DNA of 64,000 nucleotides from Amphiscolops sp. MND2022 (taxonomy: Eukaryota). Below the pieces are notes generated by a model, which did no database searches, was not told the origin of the DNA, and was given only the letters and a program-made list of their open reading frames with translations. How positions within the stretch are numbered: position 1 is the stretch's first letter; the number at the start of each line of letters is the position of its first letter. This document shows positions 47,889 to 60,600 of the stretch, in pieces. The position numbers and the translations under genes were made by a program. The stretch lies in the NCBI GenBank assembly GCA_964187785.1, contig OZ076413.1, positions 47,680,001 through 47,744,000 of the forward strand, in the 5' to 3' direction.

Positions 47889-49035
47889 TGTCATGCCTGA
47901 TGCATGAATATATTGAATGAGCTTAACTACAAAACATCCAAAGAAAGAATACCATTAGACGGAAACATGTCTGGGAACTGAAAGAAATGTAGTTGAGGAA
48001 ACTACATCAGACAATATAAAACTTAAACAATTACATGCATCTACTATAGTTTATCCCGAACAAGTTTCAACTATTTATTAACGATGACAAATCCTTTTTT
48101 ACATTTACTTGTAAAATCAATTTTGTAACATTTAGTCGATGATGTTGTTAATGTATCGTCATTAGATTTCATTTTATCAAATTTCATAACATTTAGCCAA
48201 TGATGTAGTCAATGTACCATCGTTAAGTTTGCTTCGTCCATTTTGGTGCTTACAAGTATAATCAGTGCCATTACTTAACCAATTAGCTATATACGTAATT
48301 TCAATAACATTACAGTGCATTACCACATATATATATAGTGAACGTATTATTACCGTGCTATGATGAGCCTATACTACCATCATCAAACATACCATATAAT
48401 GAGTCATGTAGCCATAGCAACACAAGTACAAACCATTTCTGTGTCGCAACAAAATTAGACGCAAATTGCGCAATTAACTATCAAGGTGCGAACGAACATT
48501 ACAATATGATTGGTCAATGTGGTCACGTGACCGACATCGCCATAATCGACACGAAACAAATAGGTGCTACCAGAAGAACATTTTGTACCTTAACGATTAG
48601 TACTTGCCTATATACTCGTGATTTATAACGATCTTCCTTTCACACACCTTCTAAAATAACTTTCTTCAAAACAATAAAATCTTGAACTCCAATTATTCTT
48701 CACAATGGTCAATACTCGTTCACAAGTAAGAAGTTCTATCCCAGTGTCCAAGAGCAGGATCGATAGTCTTGATAGAAATAGTGATACAGAGAGTGCATGT
48801 AGTGTTCCTGAGGTCCTTTCTAGAGACCAAATTGATGAGTTAGACGATGGAAACCTTATCCGTACTGATTACAATTTAGAACAAAGATCGATCGATCAAC
48901 GCTTCTCGGACATGAATAAACAAATTAGTGATCTTACTGGATTAGTTTTGGCATTAACCGAAAAGTTATCCTCCAATGTTGGAGAAGGGAACAATCAGAG
49001 TACAGCGTCAGATAAGACCTGTGCACGTTCCGACA
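47889..49035 (+). mobile_element. Solo LTR (1147 bp) containing a Gag N-terminal ORF (from 48705)
   Basis: TGTCA...CCGACA with perfect TSD TTGAG (47884-47888, 49036-49040); ORF MVNTRSQ... runs off the LTR end. Confidence 0.8.
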
Positions 49036-49387
49036 TTGAGCATTTACCCGAATAGATTTACCCAAATGTATTTACCAAAATGGTGTACCACAAATGATTG
49101 TTTATTCAAATGACAATCATTTGTGGTACACCATTTTGGTAAATACATTTGGGTAAATCTATTCGGGTAAATGCTCAATGTCGGAACGTGCACAGGTCTT
49201 ATCTGACGCTGTACTCTGATTGTTCCCTTCTCCAACATTGGAGGATAACTTTTCGGTTAATGCCAAAACTAATCCAGTAAGATCACTAATTTGTTTATTC
49301 ATGTCCGAGAAGCGTTGATCGATCGATCTTTGTTCTAAATTGTAATCAGTACGGATAAGGTTTCCATCGTCTAACTCATCATTTTGG
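48827..49387. repeat. Long inverted duplication, ~270-bp arms, 11-nt spacer
   Basis: 48833-49101 is the reverse complement of 49113-49381; ORFs 48705..49055(+) and 49159..49404(-) encode the same peptide tail. Confidence 0.95.
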
Positions 49388-49739
49388 CCAAGTTGGCTAA
49401 TCAACCACCTTAACTCAATTAATATTGATTATCTTAAGTTTTTCCAGCCTATAAAGTGACTGATGTTTCTTTACCTTGGATGGAAGGTAAAATTTGAAAG
49501 GCCACAGCTTCGAATTGAGTAGAAAGAATGCAAGATTTAAACCAGCAAACGTTCAGTTCCGAATCTCAGATACCATATTTCGCCTTTCAATCAGCTGGCT
49601 TAAATACTTTTTCTGCATCTTTTTTGAATGTAATAGGATATATACAATTCATGCATTAGGAGTTCCGGATTCGCAAGTTGAAACAATACCTTCAACTTGT
49701 CTTCGCAACATCCAATAGAAGTCGAGAATAACTTTTAAC

Positions 49740-50280
49740 GAGCCGGGAACGGCATAAGTCGGCGCCATATCAAAGGCTCAGAAATAGCAAAAAGACACGA
49801 AAGTGTCAAAAAATTCAAAGTATCAAAATCAAGAAAACACTATCAAACTCACGCAAAACCCAAACGACCGAACTGACACAGGGGGACACTTTCACATTTT
49901 TAGTCCCTTTGGTGAAAAAAAATTCCGGAAAAAAGTCTCACAGTACCAAAAAAATTGAAAGGCACCCATTCGCATTTTTCAACATCCATTGTTGCAAAAC
50001 ATCGAAAAATTGAAGGGTCCCTTTGTTGAAAAAAAAGAATTCCGGGAAAAAATCTCACAATGCTGAAAAACGGAAAGAGTGGACCTTATTGTATGTTATG
50101 CGGAAAAAGAGGAAAAACTTTTTTGGTTCAGTTCGCTGGGCCAATAGATTCAATTTGGGACCATAAAAGTTCGTAGATTTTTTAGTAACTGTTTTGGTCA
50201 GTTCGTGTGGATTGAAAAAAAGTATAAAAAAGAGTCACAAAATTGGTCGCGTTTCACTTCATGAAGTGCCGACTAAAAAA
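49740..50280 (+). repeat. Interspersed A-rich repeat family, related to ~14560-14950 and ~22380-22620
   Basis: Recurrent TCTCACA(G/A)T(G/A)C(C/T)GAAAAA-like motifs in all three regions; boundaries approximate. Confidence 0.5.
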
Positions 50281-50649
50281 CTGGATAAAGTGCAACTTTC
50301 TCAATACAATTTTTAAGTGTAGAAATCTTATAAAAGAAAACGGTAATATGAAAATTCAAAACTTGCCAGAATTGATTATGACACTCATCTGAAGTATGAT
50401 TTCAGCAATTTGTATTCACCGCTTTTCGGCCATTCTCGTTGCCCTGGTTGGGAAAAACACAAATCTTGCAAGATTCTGGCAGACATTCTTGCAAGATCTT
50501 GCAAGTGAATGCAGTAATCTGACAGATTTCTTGCAAGAGACTTATTGAAGGTTGAAAATTTATTGCGAGACACTTTTTCATAAGCTGCCCCTCCTCAAGA
50601 TATTTTGGCAATTGAAACAGTCATGACCTTCAAAACGGAAAAACATTTT

Positions 50650-53600
50650 ATCTGTTTAGAGTTCATCCGATACAGTTAGAGGCAATTCCAGTGAGCATTC
50701 ACGGTTTGTGATCCCAAGCTCTTTTTCATGTTGGTAATCCTGATTTTCCACTATGGCAAAACATTCGGTATTCGACTGCCAGAGTACAATAAGGGCTCGA
50801 GATATTTTGTTGTCTTCTATCTCGGCATCGTCCTCATCGCCAGCTGGAGGATAGTCGTCAAATCTGAATTGCAGTTTCTGCTTGTCATATAAAGATTTGT
50901 CCCATAACGGATCTGTGCTGTATTCAGGGTAAAAATATTGAAGGTTATAATCTTCAAAGGTTCGCAATGGGCGAAATGGTGCTTCAAAGTGTGCAGTGTA
51001 GTCCTTTCCATAGTACCGGTCTGGGCAATCGTTGTGGACTGTAATATGTTTGTATATGGGCTTTCTCGGTCGGTTGCTGACAGAAAACAGAAGGGAAATT
51101 GATTGGTTTTCTGATGGAAATGCTTGCAGGTAACGTTGGCTGGGTCAGACATGACCTATTGTTGTATTGACAATTGGTCGTTTATTTGAAGTCGTGACAA
51201 ATTAGTTTTTTGGATCAGGCTTCTTAGAAGTCGCTTAACCAGATAAGAAAGTTGTGAAAATTTCAGTTTTGGGCGGAGTTTTCGTCGTTGTCGGAGGCAG
51301 ACGTTGTTTGGGCGTCCTGTCTAGTCCATTTGGGTCGAAGATGAGCACCTGCTCGTTTTTCGCTGCTTGATGTGGTTTGCTGCAAGTCGGACTTTCTGGG
51401 TAAATGGGACCCTGATGCTTCCTGCCGTCTTTAGCGTCCGTTTCCCGTAGCTTTTTCAGGTTCGAGCAACCGCTATTCCAGAAACTTTCGCCTGCTTTGC
51501 AGTATGGTATCAATGCCATTAGATAACAGGTTTTGTGGCTAGCCAGATGTTGAGGCCATTGTGGTAGTTCGCGAGTCATCAGATTCCTACAAAGCGTTAA
51601 GTTCCAGTTCTCAAGGTGGGCCACGATTTCCTCGTATATCCCGTTTTCGAGCCGGGCTATGTTGACCGACCATTTGAGATTTTGTGGCAGCTTGGCTTGC
51701 TTGCCGTGCATACTTTGTGTTTTTTCTCCAAACGCTTTTTAAAGTCCTTGGTTCAATTCTTCCAAGAAATCGGGCAGCTTCATAGTCTTTGGGTCAAATA
51801 CTAGTCTGTGCCATTGATGTTCTGCGTGGCTTGAGATTCCGGTCTGGCGCATGTCCTCCTGAATATGACCAGCCCGTTCTCAAGAGTTTGACGGTTTACT
51901 GAGTTATTGTTCTTGAATGTCTGCAATGCCCCTTTTTGTGGATGAGTGAAAGTGATTGATTTTCATCTGCTCAGTCATTGCTGGTTGGATTTTTATCATC
52001 GTAAGGAACAAGTCCTCGAATAGCTCAATTTTTCCAATTTGCCGTCGAATGTCATCAGGTTGGTCGAATCGTCATAGATTGTGGCCTTCTTTGCCGGTTG
52101 ACCAGTACATCGGCCAGTCTGTTGATAGGATCCTGTGGGGTCTCAGGTACCTCAGGCTCGGCTCTGGTATTGGAAGAGTTAGGTCCATGGAGACATAATG
52201 TGCCGATATTTGTTTTTCGAGGTTCGGTTGAGACTTGATTCGTCCTGTCAGGAATTCAGGAATTGGTCGCTTGGTGTCGGTAGCTCCTTTCACCATATAG
52301 GGGCTTAGGTCCCCAATGTCTCTGCGATCAAATGCAGACCTGCAGTCCTTCTTTGTTATTTTGTTTTCAACCCATTAGTTCTTTCACTTCTTTCTGATCA
52401 TTGCCAGATTTTCGGGACTCAGTGTTCTTTCCGGTGTCCTGAAGACAGTGAACCCAAAATTGTTTTGTACTTCAGATATAACTCTATCATTAATAGCAGA
52501 ATTTTTGGTCCTTTTGATCTGAGAGTGCATCATGAACATTAGAAGTCCAAACGCATTTTTCTTTCATTTGAAATCGTCTCCATAGACTCGAGGAGCCTGT
52601 CTTGCCTAAAAATGCTGTTCCACTGCTAAAATCTCTAAATTCATCTCCTTCGAGTAACTTTTTTTTGCAGGAAAAAGGTCTCAGTGTCGTTGTGACTAGC
52701 TGAACCGTTGATAGTAATTGCAAGCTCTCTTTCAATAGGGTTCGCACTTTCAGTACCCAGTAGCACGTCCATAATTTCATAGTCAAGCAACATATCCATT
52801 CCCTTAGATCTCCTCGCTTTTTGTTTTCTCGTAGAAGGCATAAGAAAAAGACTAGAGGGAGAGAAATAATTTCTTCTTTTATATTACATCAAAGTGGCTT
52901 TACAAGTTTATTATTGAATGCAGCAGTTTTCTTTCAAATTTTGTCCCAGGAGTATCTGCCCTGGGGGGTATCTACCTAAATTCCCATGAAAAGCATAACC
53001 ACAGTGATCATTGTTCTGTTAATTGATTCGAAAATCTGAAAATAGCTTGTTTTCAACAGTCATGCTTCTAAAAATAGACATCAAAAGAAATGTCGGCATT
53101 TACTCGTTAAGCCTATTTGGCCACGTGAACAGTAAAATAAATAATTTATCTCTAAATACTAAATAACTAAACTAATATATATGTAATGTAACTTCCAACA
53201 TATTTACATGCATTTCGTTACAAGCATGCGTTCATGTCTTTATGTACTTGAGTGAGCACAGATAAGCTGGGAGAGTTTTCCTTCTACAAATGTTAAATAA
53301 AATCCGAAAAATAGCCCCATTGACAGTTTGGACTAGTTATAGTGCATTGACAGAACATATAGCATCACCATTCTAGTTCAAAGGAGAAGTCGGTTTCCGG
53401 TTGACAAACTTAGCAGTCCGTCCCCACGTGTCGCGTGACCGTACTCGGCCTTTAATTGAACTACGCGAGCACATAAATTAAATGTATAGCATCACAAAAT
53501 CAGGGAAGTGATTGGCTAAAAGCACTTTTGAACCGGCGGTCCATTACGCCAAGTGAGAAAACATTTAAACTCGTTTCCTCGCTTGAGCGTTTGGTGTCTA

Positions 53601-53650
53601 ATTATCCTTAATGCAACGTTACATGGATAAACTAGCAGAACAGTCAGTTT
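50650..53650 (-). mobile_element. Decayed Gypsy fragment of the A/C clade (LTR end, PBS, gag, start of pol)
   Basis: MPSTRKQK.. at 52841; LTR/PBS junction CCCCTATA|TGGTGAAAGGAG at 52297/52296; gag remnants FDGK..ELFEDLF; slippery CCAAAAAACTAA at 51202-51213; many stops and frameshifts; outer boundaries approximate. Confidence 0.75.
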
Positions 53651-54305
53651 ACATGTACAGTGTTGAAAAGTGAGAAGTTTCAATTTCGCTGTTGGAAACA
53701 TATTATCAGCTTGTCCTTGCTGGCTTTTTCTTCACTGAGTACGGAAAAGCCAATATTGACCCCGTTCAGCTCCAGTAACTAATTTTATTCTAGATGAGAA
53801 TAGGCGTGCAACCGTTCAGGTGGGCACCCTGATTCAATCGATAATAGGGCAAATTTTTTTTTAGATCCTCAGAACAAAATATTGGGAAGTCGGTCATCAA
53901 TCTCACCCCTCGTTGAACATGCTTGAACTTTTTACATGTGCTTTAATGTTGCCAGTAACTTTTCTTAAGATTTTCTAAATCTTGGGAAACTTTAACGCGT
54001 TAATATTTCACTGTTGTCGCCAACTTTTATCAAGCTGCTCTAAAGAATCATCAAAGTTTTGGCGGCATTTTCAAGCCGCGAAGTTCTGCAAGTTTCAATA
54101 TGCATCAGATTTAATTTTGAATGCAGCTGAGACGTCAACAATTTTGTCTCCATTTTAATGCAAATTAACTTCACAATGTAAACAGGAAACTAGCGTCATC
54201 TTCAGCGTCCTATTTGAGAAGCGGTGATTAAACAGATGAGGAGTATTTGAGAAATCAATGTGTGAATGCAACGTGATCGTGTCCGTAAAAGAAGTGGGAA
54301 ATATT

Positions 54306-56656
54306 TGTCACGACCCGCTCCCGGTCGGGATTTCACCTGCTGTGGGGGAATACCCAAATTCGCTAGAGGGAGAGGTCACGGAAGACCAGCGGGACACTAA
54401 AGTAATAAACACTTTTAAATCTTACCTTTATCTAAACCGCAGCACGAGTTAAGTTGAGCGGAAATGTAACGTAAAATTTTCAAAAATGATTTCTGACAAA
54501 TAGAATTTCCGGTCCAATGTTTTCACATGCAACAGTTTAATTTACTTCCGGTTTTAACTGTTGAAAATTCCATGACAATCTAAATACTAAAGATGAAAAC
54601 ATTCTTAACATTGGGATCAATTTTTCTCCTTTCCACACTAAAAAGAAATCATTAAAATATTATCTAATTCCGTGATCCCAACGGAACGCATACAATCTAA
54701 AATGAAAAGAACATAGAAACAGTTAAGAAGATTTGTTTTCAGAGTTTGAAGTAGTTGTAAAAAGCCACTCAAAATACAGTCAAGTAATTTGAATAAACCT
54801 TTACAACGTTATGACAGCGTCACTCAAATATCTAAGTTGCTGGTATTTCTAACTTACGGACCAATAGAGTTGTAGCTAATACCAGCAAATTTGCGCTCAA
54901 GCTAGTTAGAACCATTCCTTATGACGTCATTAAGAATGAATTTAAAGATGGCGAATTACTCCGAGCTTGCTCCGCTAGCAGCTAAGAAAGCTATACTCAA
55001 TCTTAATATGTACGGAGTGCTTACGGAACAAATTGTAAGCCGAGAAAATTATAGCCAATCTTAATACGTAGGGAGCATTTACGGAGCGTTTACGGAGTGA
55101 ATTGTAATAGGTGAAGTTATACCTAATGTTAATACATGTAAGACAAGCGTGGAAAATTCTAAAACTCAGAAGCTATCCAAATACATTAGGATGTTCCTTA
55201 GGTCATGTAGAATTATTCTGAGATATTTAAATTATCATAAGGTTTTACTTTTTCCACCCGGATTCTCCCCGTTTAGTGATTAGATTAGAATGTTCGTGCT
55301 GTTAGGTAAGATAAAGGTAAATCACTTAATGAAGGAGCTTTGTATTATATTTTCGCAAAAGGAGTCACCTAATTTTGCTACGTTGGTATAACGTTACTGG
55401 ATGTAATGCAATATTTTGTTATTTTGATTATTCGCTATAAAATCGAATCATGTAAAATATTGTTAGATGTTTCTGTCATGTTGCCAGATATTCTTGATTC
55501 TTCAATAATCAGAATTCTTGTTTATGTTTATCACCTTTTCAGCATCACTTGTTCCTTGTCAAATGTCTCACTTCATTAATCCGAAATTAGTCCGAGATAT
55601 TTCCGTAGCAAATTTTGCTTGTCATCTTTTTTATAGCGAGTTGAAAATTTCATCGCACGCAAACTGAATCATCGTTCACGCCAGCGTGCCTCTTGCGATG
55701 AAAATCTAACTAGACTTTTATTTTGCCGCCTTTTCCGTGATTAAACCGGAAACGGGACAACTGAACAAAAATGATTTCAACAAGTACTCCGTAAGATTGC
55801 CGTAACTAGGAATTTTAAATTATGAACAATTAATTGAAAGGCTGAAATGATATGAATGATTAAGCATTTTTTATGAACAAAACGGATTTTAGGGATTTCT
55901 AGGAATTTTTAGGTGAGGGTATATATAGTTAGAAATCTCATGTAAAAATCAATCAACCCTTTTGTTTCACTGCGATCAATTTTGTTCCGTTATAATAACG
56001 AAAACTCATTCTTCGACGAATTCAAATTTAAATTATGAACAATTAATTGAAAGGCTGAAATGATATGAATGATTAAGCATTTTTTATGAACAAAACGGAT
56101 TTTAGGGATTTCTAGGAATTTTTAGGTGAGGGTATATATAGTTAGAAATCTCATGTAAAAATCAATCAACCCTTTTGTTTCACTGCGATCAATTTTGTTC
56201 CGTTATAATAACGAAAACTCATTCTTCGACGAATTCAAATATTTTCCGAAGACCTTGTTCTTGAACTCTGAAAAATGACTACTAGAAGCCAAAAGAGAAA
56301 AGCAGCTGAAGAGCTTATTTCAACTGAAATAGAAACTCCTCTACCCGAAAATACTACGGGCGAAAATCCTATAGTAGGTACAAGCAAATCTCCTAAAGTC
56401 ACTACTGACAGTTTAGAGAATATAAAATCTGTGCTGAGAAAAGAAATCATGTCTGACCTCAATAAGATCATAGCTGAAAACCAGAAGGAGACGCTAAAAC
56501 TGATAGCCCCGACCGTTAGAAAACAGACCGTATTAAGATCAACAGAGGATTCAGACTCTGACTCCGAGAACATTCCGGAAAACGCGACCTCAACCCCAAT
56601 TAAAAGCAAAACCAATGCGACTAGCTCTAAAATAACGCCGAACAATAGTCGTAACA
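54306..56656 (+). repeat. 5' LTR of element C (~2.35 kb)
   Basis: TGTCACGA...TCGTAACA imperfect terminal inverted repeat, followed directly by TGGTGACAGG; homology of the left flank to the 22965 repeat stops at 54305. Confidence 0.8.
55814..56239 (+). repeat. 213-bp tandem duplication within LTR C, including a TATA-like motif
   Basis: 55814-56026 equals 56027-56239; each unit contains GGTATATATAG. Confidence 0.92.
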
Positions 56657-57684
56657 TGGTGACAGGAGTCCTCAATGACACTACAAACCAACCCACCAAG
56701 AGACCAAAACACCGCGTACCTAACGACCAATCGAAGGAACGTCCAACTACATCAAAAATCCTGTTCGCGCCACAACCGCAGACATTCCCATCGGCCAATC
56801 TACTCCCGATGCCGAAAGCACTCACAGCTTCACTCCCCGTGTTCGACGGTAAGTCAGAAAAATTCGAACTGTTTGAAGACTTATTCCGAAACAATATCAA
56901 AATGTACCCCCACTTAACTGAACTCCAAAAAATAAATTGTTACCACTCACTCCTGAGAGGGAACGCACTTCAAGCGTACTGTAACCTGGACGATACCAAA
57001 AAAGACAACTTGGAAGAAGTCATAACAGCCTTCAAACGCCGTTTTGGCGACTTCCAATCCTCTGCAAAAGCGCGATGTGAATGGGACGCACTACACTTCG
57101 ATCCCACTAAGCAAAAATTACACGAATTTCTGGATGTCTTGCAAAAAACCGCAAAAGAAGCGTTCGGTCCAGAGGCGCAAAAATTCATAGACAAAGCTAT
57201 ATACGCAAAAATGCCGGACCATGTCAAAAAGATTCTAAACCGTGCCTACCTCGAAGACAAGCCGTACAACGACATTGTCCTCCATCTCGAAAGAGAGATG
57301 CGCCTCAATGGCCTGGGCGCCCCAGACGAAACAATACTAGTTCCACTAAACACGGTCGACGTTGCTCCCCCGGAACCGAAAAAAGAGCCCACCCAACGAG
57401 GAAACTGCTTCCACTGTGGCAAATACGGCCACTACAAAGCCCAATGTAGAAAACTCCGCAAAGAACGCTACTACGAAACTAAAGCGCAAAACGGTGCTAC
57501 CAATACAAATGACCCGCCCAGACCTAAATGTGACACATGTGGAAAACTTCACAAAACTGAAAACTGCTGGTACGGAGCTAATACGGCAAATGACCCCAGA
57601 AAGAAACGCTATGAATTTGCCATACCTACCAGCCAAATCAGTGAACAACCGATCCCCACTGTCGAAATTCAGCCAAAAAACTAA
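56275..57684 (+). CDS. gag: Gag with two zinc knuckles; starts inside the LTR
   Basis: LPVFDGKSEKFELFEDLF core; CFHCGKYGHYKAQC and CDTCGKLHKTENC. Confidence 0.92.
   Translation: MTTRSQKRKAAEELISTEIETPLPENTTGENPIVGTSKSPKVTTDSLENIKSVLRKEIMSDLNKIIAENQKETLKLIAPTVRKQTVLRSTEDSDSDSENIPENATSTPIKSKTNATSSKITPNNSRNMVTGVLNDTTNQPTKRPKHRVPNDQSKERPTTSKILFAPQPQTFPSANLLPMPKALTASLPVFDGKSEKFELFEDLFRNNIKMYPHLTELQKINCYHSLLRGNALQAYCNLDDTKKDNLEEVITAFKRRFGDFQSSAKARCEWDALHFDPTKQKLHEFLDVLQKTAKEAFGPEAQKFIDKAIYAKMPDHVKKILNRAYLEDKPYNDIVLHLEREMRLNGLGAPDETILVPLNTVDVAPPEPKKEPTQRGNCFHCGKYGHYKAQCRKLRKERYYETKAQNGATNTNDPPRPKCDTCGKLHKTENCWYGANTANDPRKKRYEFAIPTSQISEQPIPTVEIQPKN
56657..56670 (+). promoter_or_regulatory. Primer-binding site embedded in gag (tRNA not assigned)
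   Basis: TGGTGACAGGAGTC directly after the LTR-terminal CA; same arrangement at 52296 (-). Confidence 0.7.
57675..57681 (+). promoter_or_regulatory. -1 ribosomal frameshift slippery site A AAA AAC (gag to pol)
   Basis: Directly precedes the gag stop; the -1 frame is open into ORF 57828..58910; GC-rich self-complementary tract downstream. Confidence 0.85.
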
Positions 57685-60600
57685 AAACGCCGCGCCTCCG
57701 CTTCGGGGAAACGGTAGACGCAAGGGCATATACAATCGAAGATCCCCCAAATCGTTACGAAGAAGACGCGATAACAGAATGCAACGACGAACCAACTCAG
57801 GACTGGCAACGGCGTTGGAACGTCGGCATGATCCTCCGTAACAACGCCAGACACCCCAATGATCCAAAACCACTACCTGCGTGGATCACGGAATCCCCCG
57901 ACAACTATGCTACACTCAAACGGCCACTTCCCGAATCCAAAACGGAACGAAAATACATCTATGATATGGACTATCGCTGCGACCCTTGGGATGAACCGGA
58001 CATATACGATACCAATTCCCTGTCTTTCAAAATCCATATCCAAAACCCACCAAAAGAAAATGAAGAAACGATCAATTTTCCACAACCACCATCGCCAATT
58101 TTAAAGAAACCAAAATCGCCACAACCAACACCCGTCACCTCTGCGTCTACAACAATCAACGCCGAGGACATAATATGCTTAGAAGACAAAACACTGTGGC
58201 ACACCAAAACTATAAACAATACCACAGACACCTCTGATCCTCCACCGTCACAGACAGCACCAGAACCACCAAAACGGCAGACCCAACATGAAAACGCAGA
58301 AACAACGGAATGCCCACAACAACTACCTTATGACCTCAAAGTCATAAAAGAATTCATACAGCACGACAAGGACGACGACTACATTCCATTGATGTCAGCA
58401 ATCACCCTAAAGAAGAAAAGGAGAATGCTCTTCATACCCCTAGACTTCGAAAAGGTCAGAATAGACGCCCTGGTAGATTCAGGCGCCTACATAAATGTCA
58501 TCAGCGAGAGAGACGCAGAACAAATACAAAAAGAAACTAAAGCGGCCATAACTGCAAAAGCACCGCCGCCACCCTTTAAAATTCAATACGCCAATACCGA
58601 ACTTGAAAGAGCTCTCGCAACATACACGATGAAGTTCAACATCGGAGACTACACGTTTGAAGAAACCTTCATCATAATGACAAAAGCATCATTCCCAATC
58701 ATAGGTCTAGCATTTCTCCGGAAACATTCCGCTATCTTAGACACAGCGCAAGGCACAATCGACTTCCCACAAATACAAATCACCCTGGCCCTGAAAGACG
58801 AAATGCAGAAGTGTAACCCCAAACCCATCACCGGTCAAAACCGAAGAAAAACACACCATCCCGGCACAATCTACACGGATCATACACGCGTCCATAACTG
58901 TGAGTACTGACCACCCAATAACTGGGACTATACAACCCCTACCACAGTATGATGAGAACGCAAAACTCATAATAGCCCCTGCAATTACAACAGCCCGGGA
59001 TAAACGCGTGCCTATTAAAATAGCGAACACAACAGACTTCCCCTACACCATAACCCCCCACACAAAATTGGCGGAGTTACAAATATTGAAACAAGAAGAA
59101 ACAAAATCAATTCGACCAGTAGACCTAGCAGCCCTCAATCTCCTCACTGAACATGACGATGTCATAGCGTACGTGAACGCGCTAATGCAAGTTGACTCTC
59201 CTGAACAAACAGAAGAGAAATTCTGGTTCCCTACCCCTGAAAATCCCGGAGATGAAACGGAACACACGCCCATTCAACAACGAATCCTCAAAGAACTGCG
59301 AGAATTACAGAAACTTGAGGAACTAGACCCCAAACAAAGTGAATCATCTAGAACCCAATTCCTATCAATGTTTAAATGGGACAATTCACTCATAACGGGA
59401 GAAGACCGTGAAAACCTAGAATCCATACTTGTTGAATTCAACGATATCTTTGCACGTCATCGGCTAGACATCGGAATGAATACGCAATTCAAAGTCTCAC
59501 TGACGCCCAAAAACGACAACCCGGTATACACACAAAGCTTGCCCGTACCAATCAACCTCAAAGACGACCTCACAGTGGAACTAGCTTTAATGCACAAATA
59601 CGGGATCATCACCACCCTCCCCTTCTCCAAATACGCCAGTCCCATCTTCGCGCAACGCAAACCCAACGGCAAATTACGACTTCTTGTGGATTTGCGGAAG
59701 ATCAACGCACTCATCTCAGATGACTATATCAACAACAACCACCCCATCAGCACCCTCTCAGATGCGGCACAACACCTAGCGGGGAAACAACTGTTTTGCA
59801 AGCTCGACTGCTCCCAAGCCTACCACTGCCTCCAAATGGCAGATCAAAGGTCAGTAGAACTTCTCGCTTTTAATTTTGCTAGCAGAACGTTTGCCTACCG
59901 GAGGCTGGCCCAAGGCCTCAGCAGAGCACTGTCAGCATTCTCGAGCTTCATGCGGGAATACCTAGACACAGTCATCAAAGCAGATCAATGTGCCCAATAT
60001 GTCGATGACATCGGCATTGCCGCCAATACAACGGAACAACTAATCAAAAACATCAGAGCAGTTTTCAAGTGCATCCGCAAAGCGGGCCTAAAACTGACAA
60101 TCGAGAAATGCCACTTCGGGGTCACTCAAGTTGAATTCCTCGGAAGAACCATCACGCCCAACGGAATAGCCCCGCAAGACCACAAGATCACCAAATTCTT
60201 GTCCAAAATCAGATTTCCCCGATCAAAGAAACAAGTCCAAAAATACATTGGGTTCATCAACTATTACCGAAATTACATACCAAGATTGTCAGAAAAAATG
60301 ATCGGTATGTACGAACTTCTAAAAGCAGACGCCAAAATCACCATATCTGAAGAACTAGTCGACAACTTCAAAGCGATTAACGCGAGCCAAGCGGAAGCCT
60401 GCGGACTTGCACTCAGACAGCCGATTGCAGGAAAACAATATGTACTGATGACGGATGCTAGCTTCCGAGCATCCGGATATGCGCTCATGATCGAAGAAAA
60501 CGACGACAAAAAACTACTCTCCAAAAGAAAAACCTTCGCCCCTGTAGCTTTCGGATCACGCGTGTTCTCTCCGTCACAACTGAAGATGTCGATATACTGT

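Noticed and set aside
57362..57841. 159-aa ORF bridging gag and pol
   Set aside because: It is in the +1 frame; the -1 frame after AAAAAAC is the one continuous with protease.
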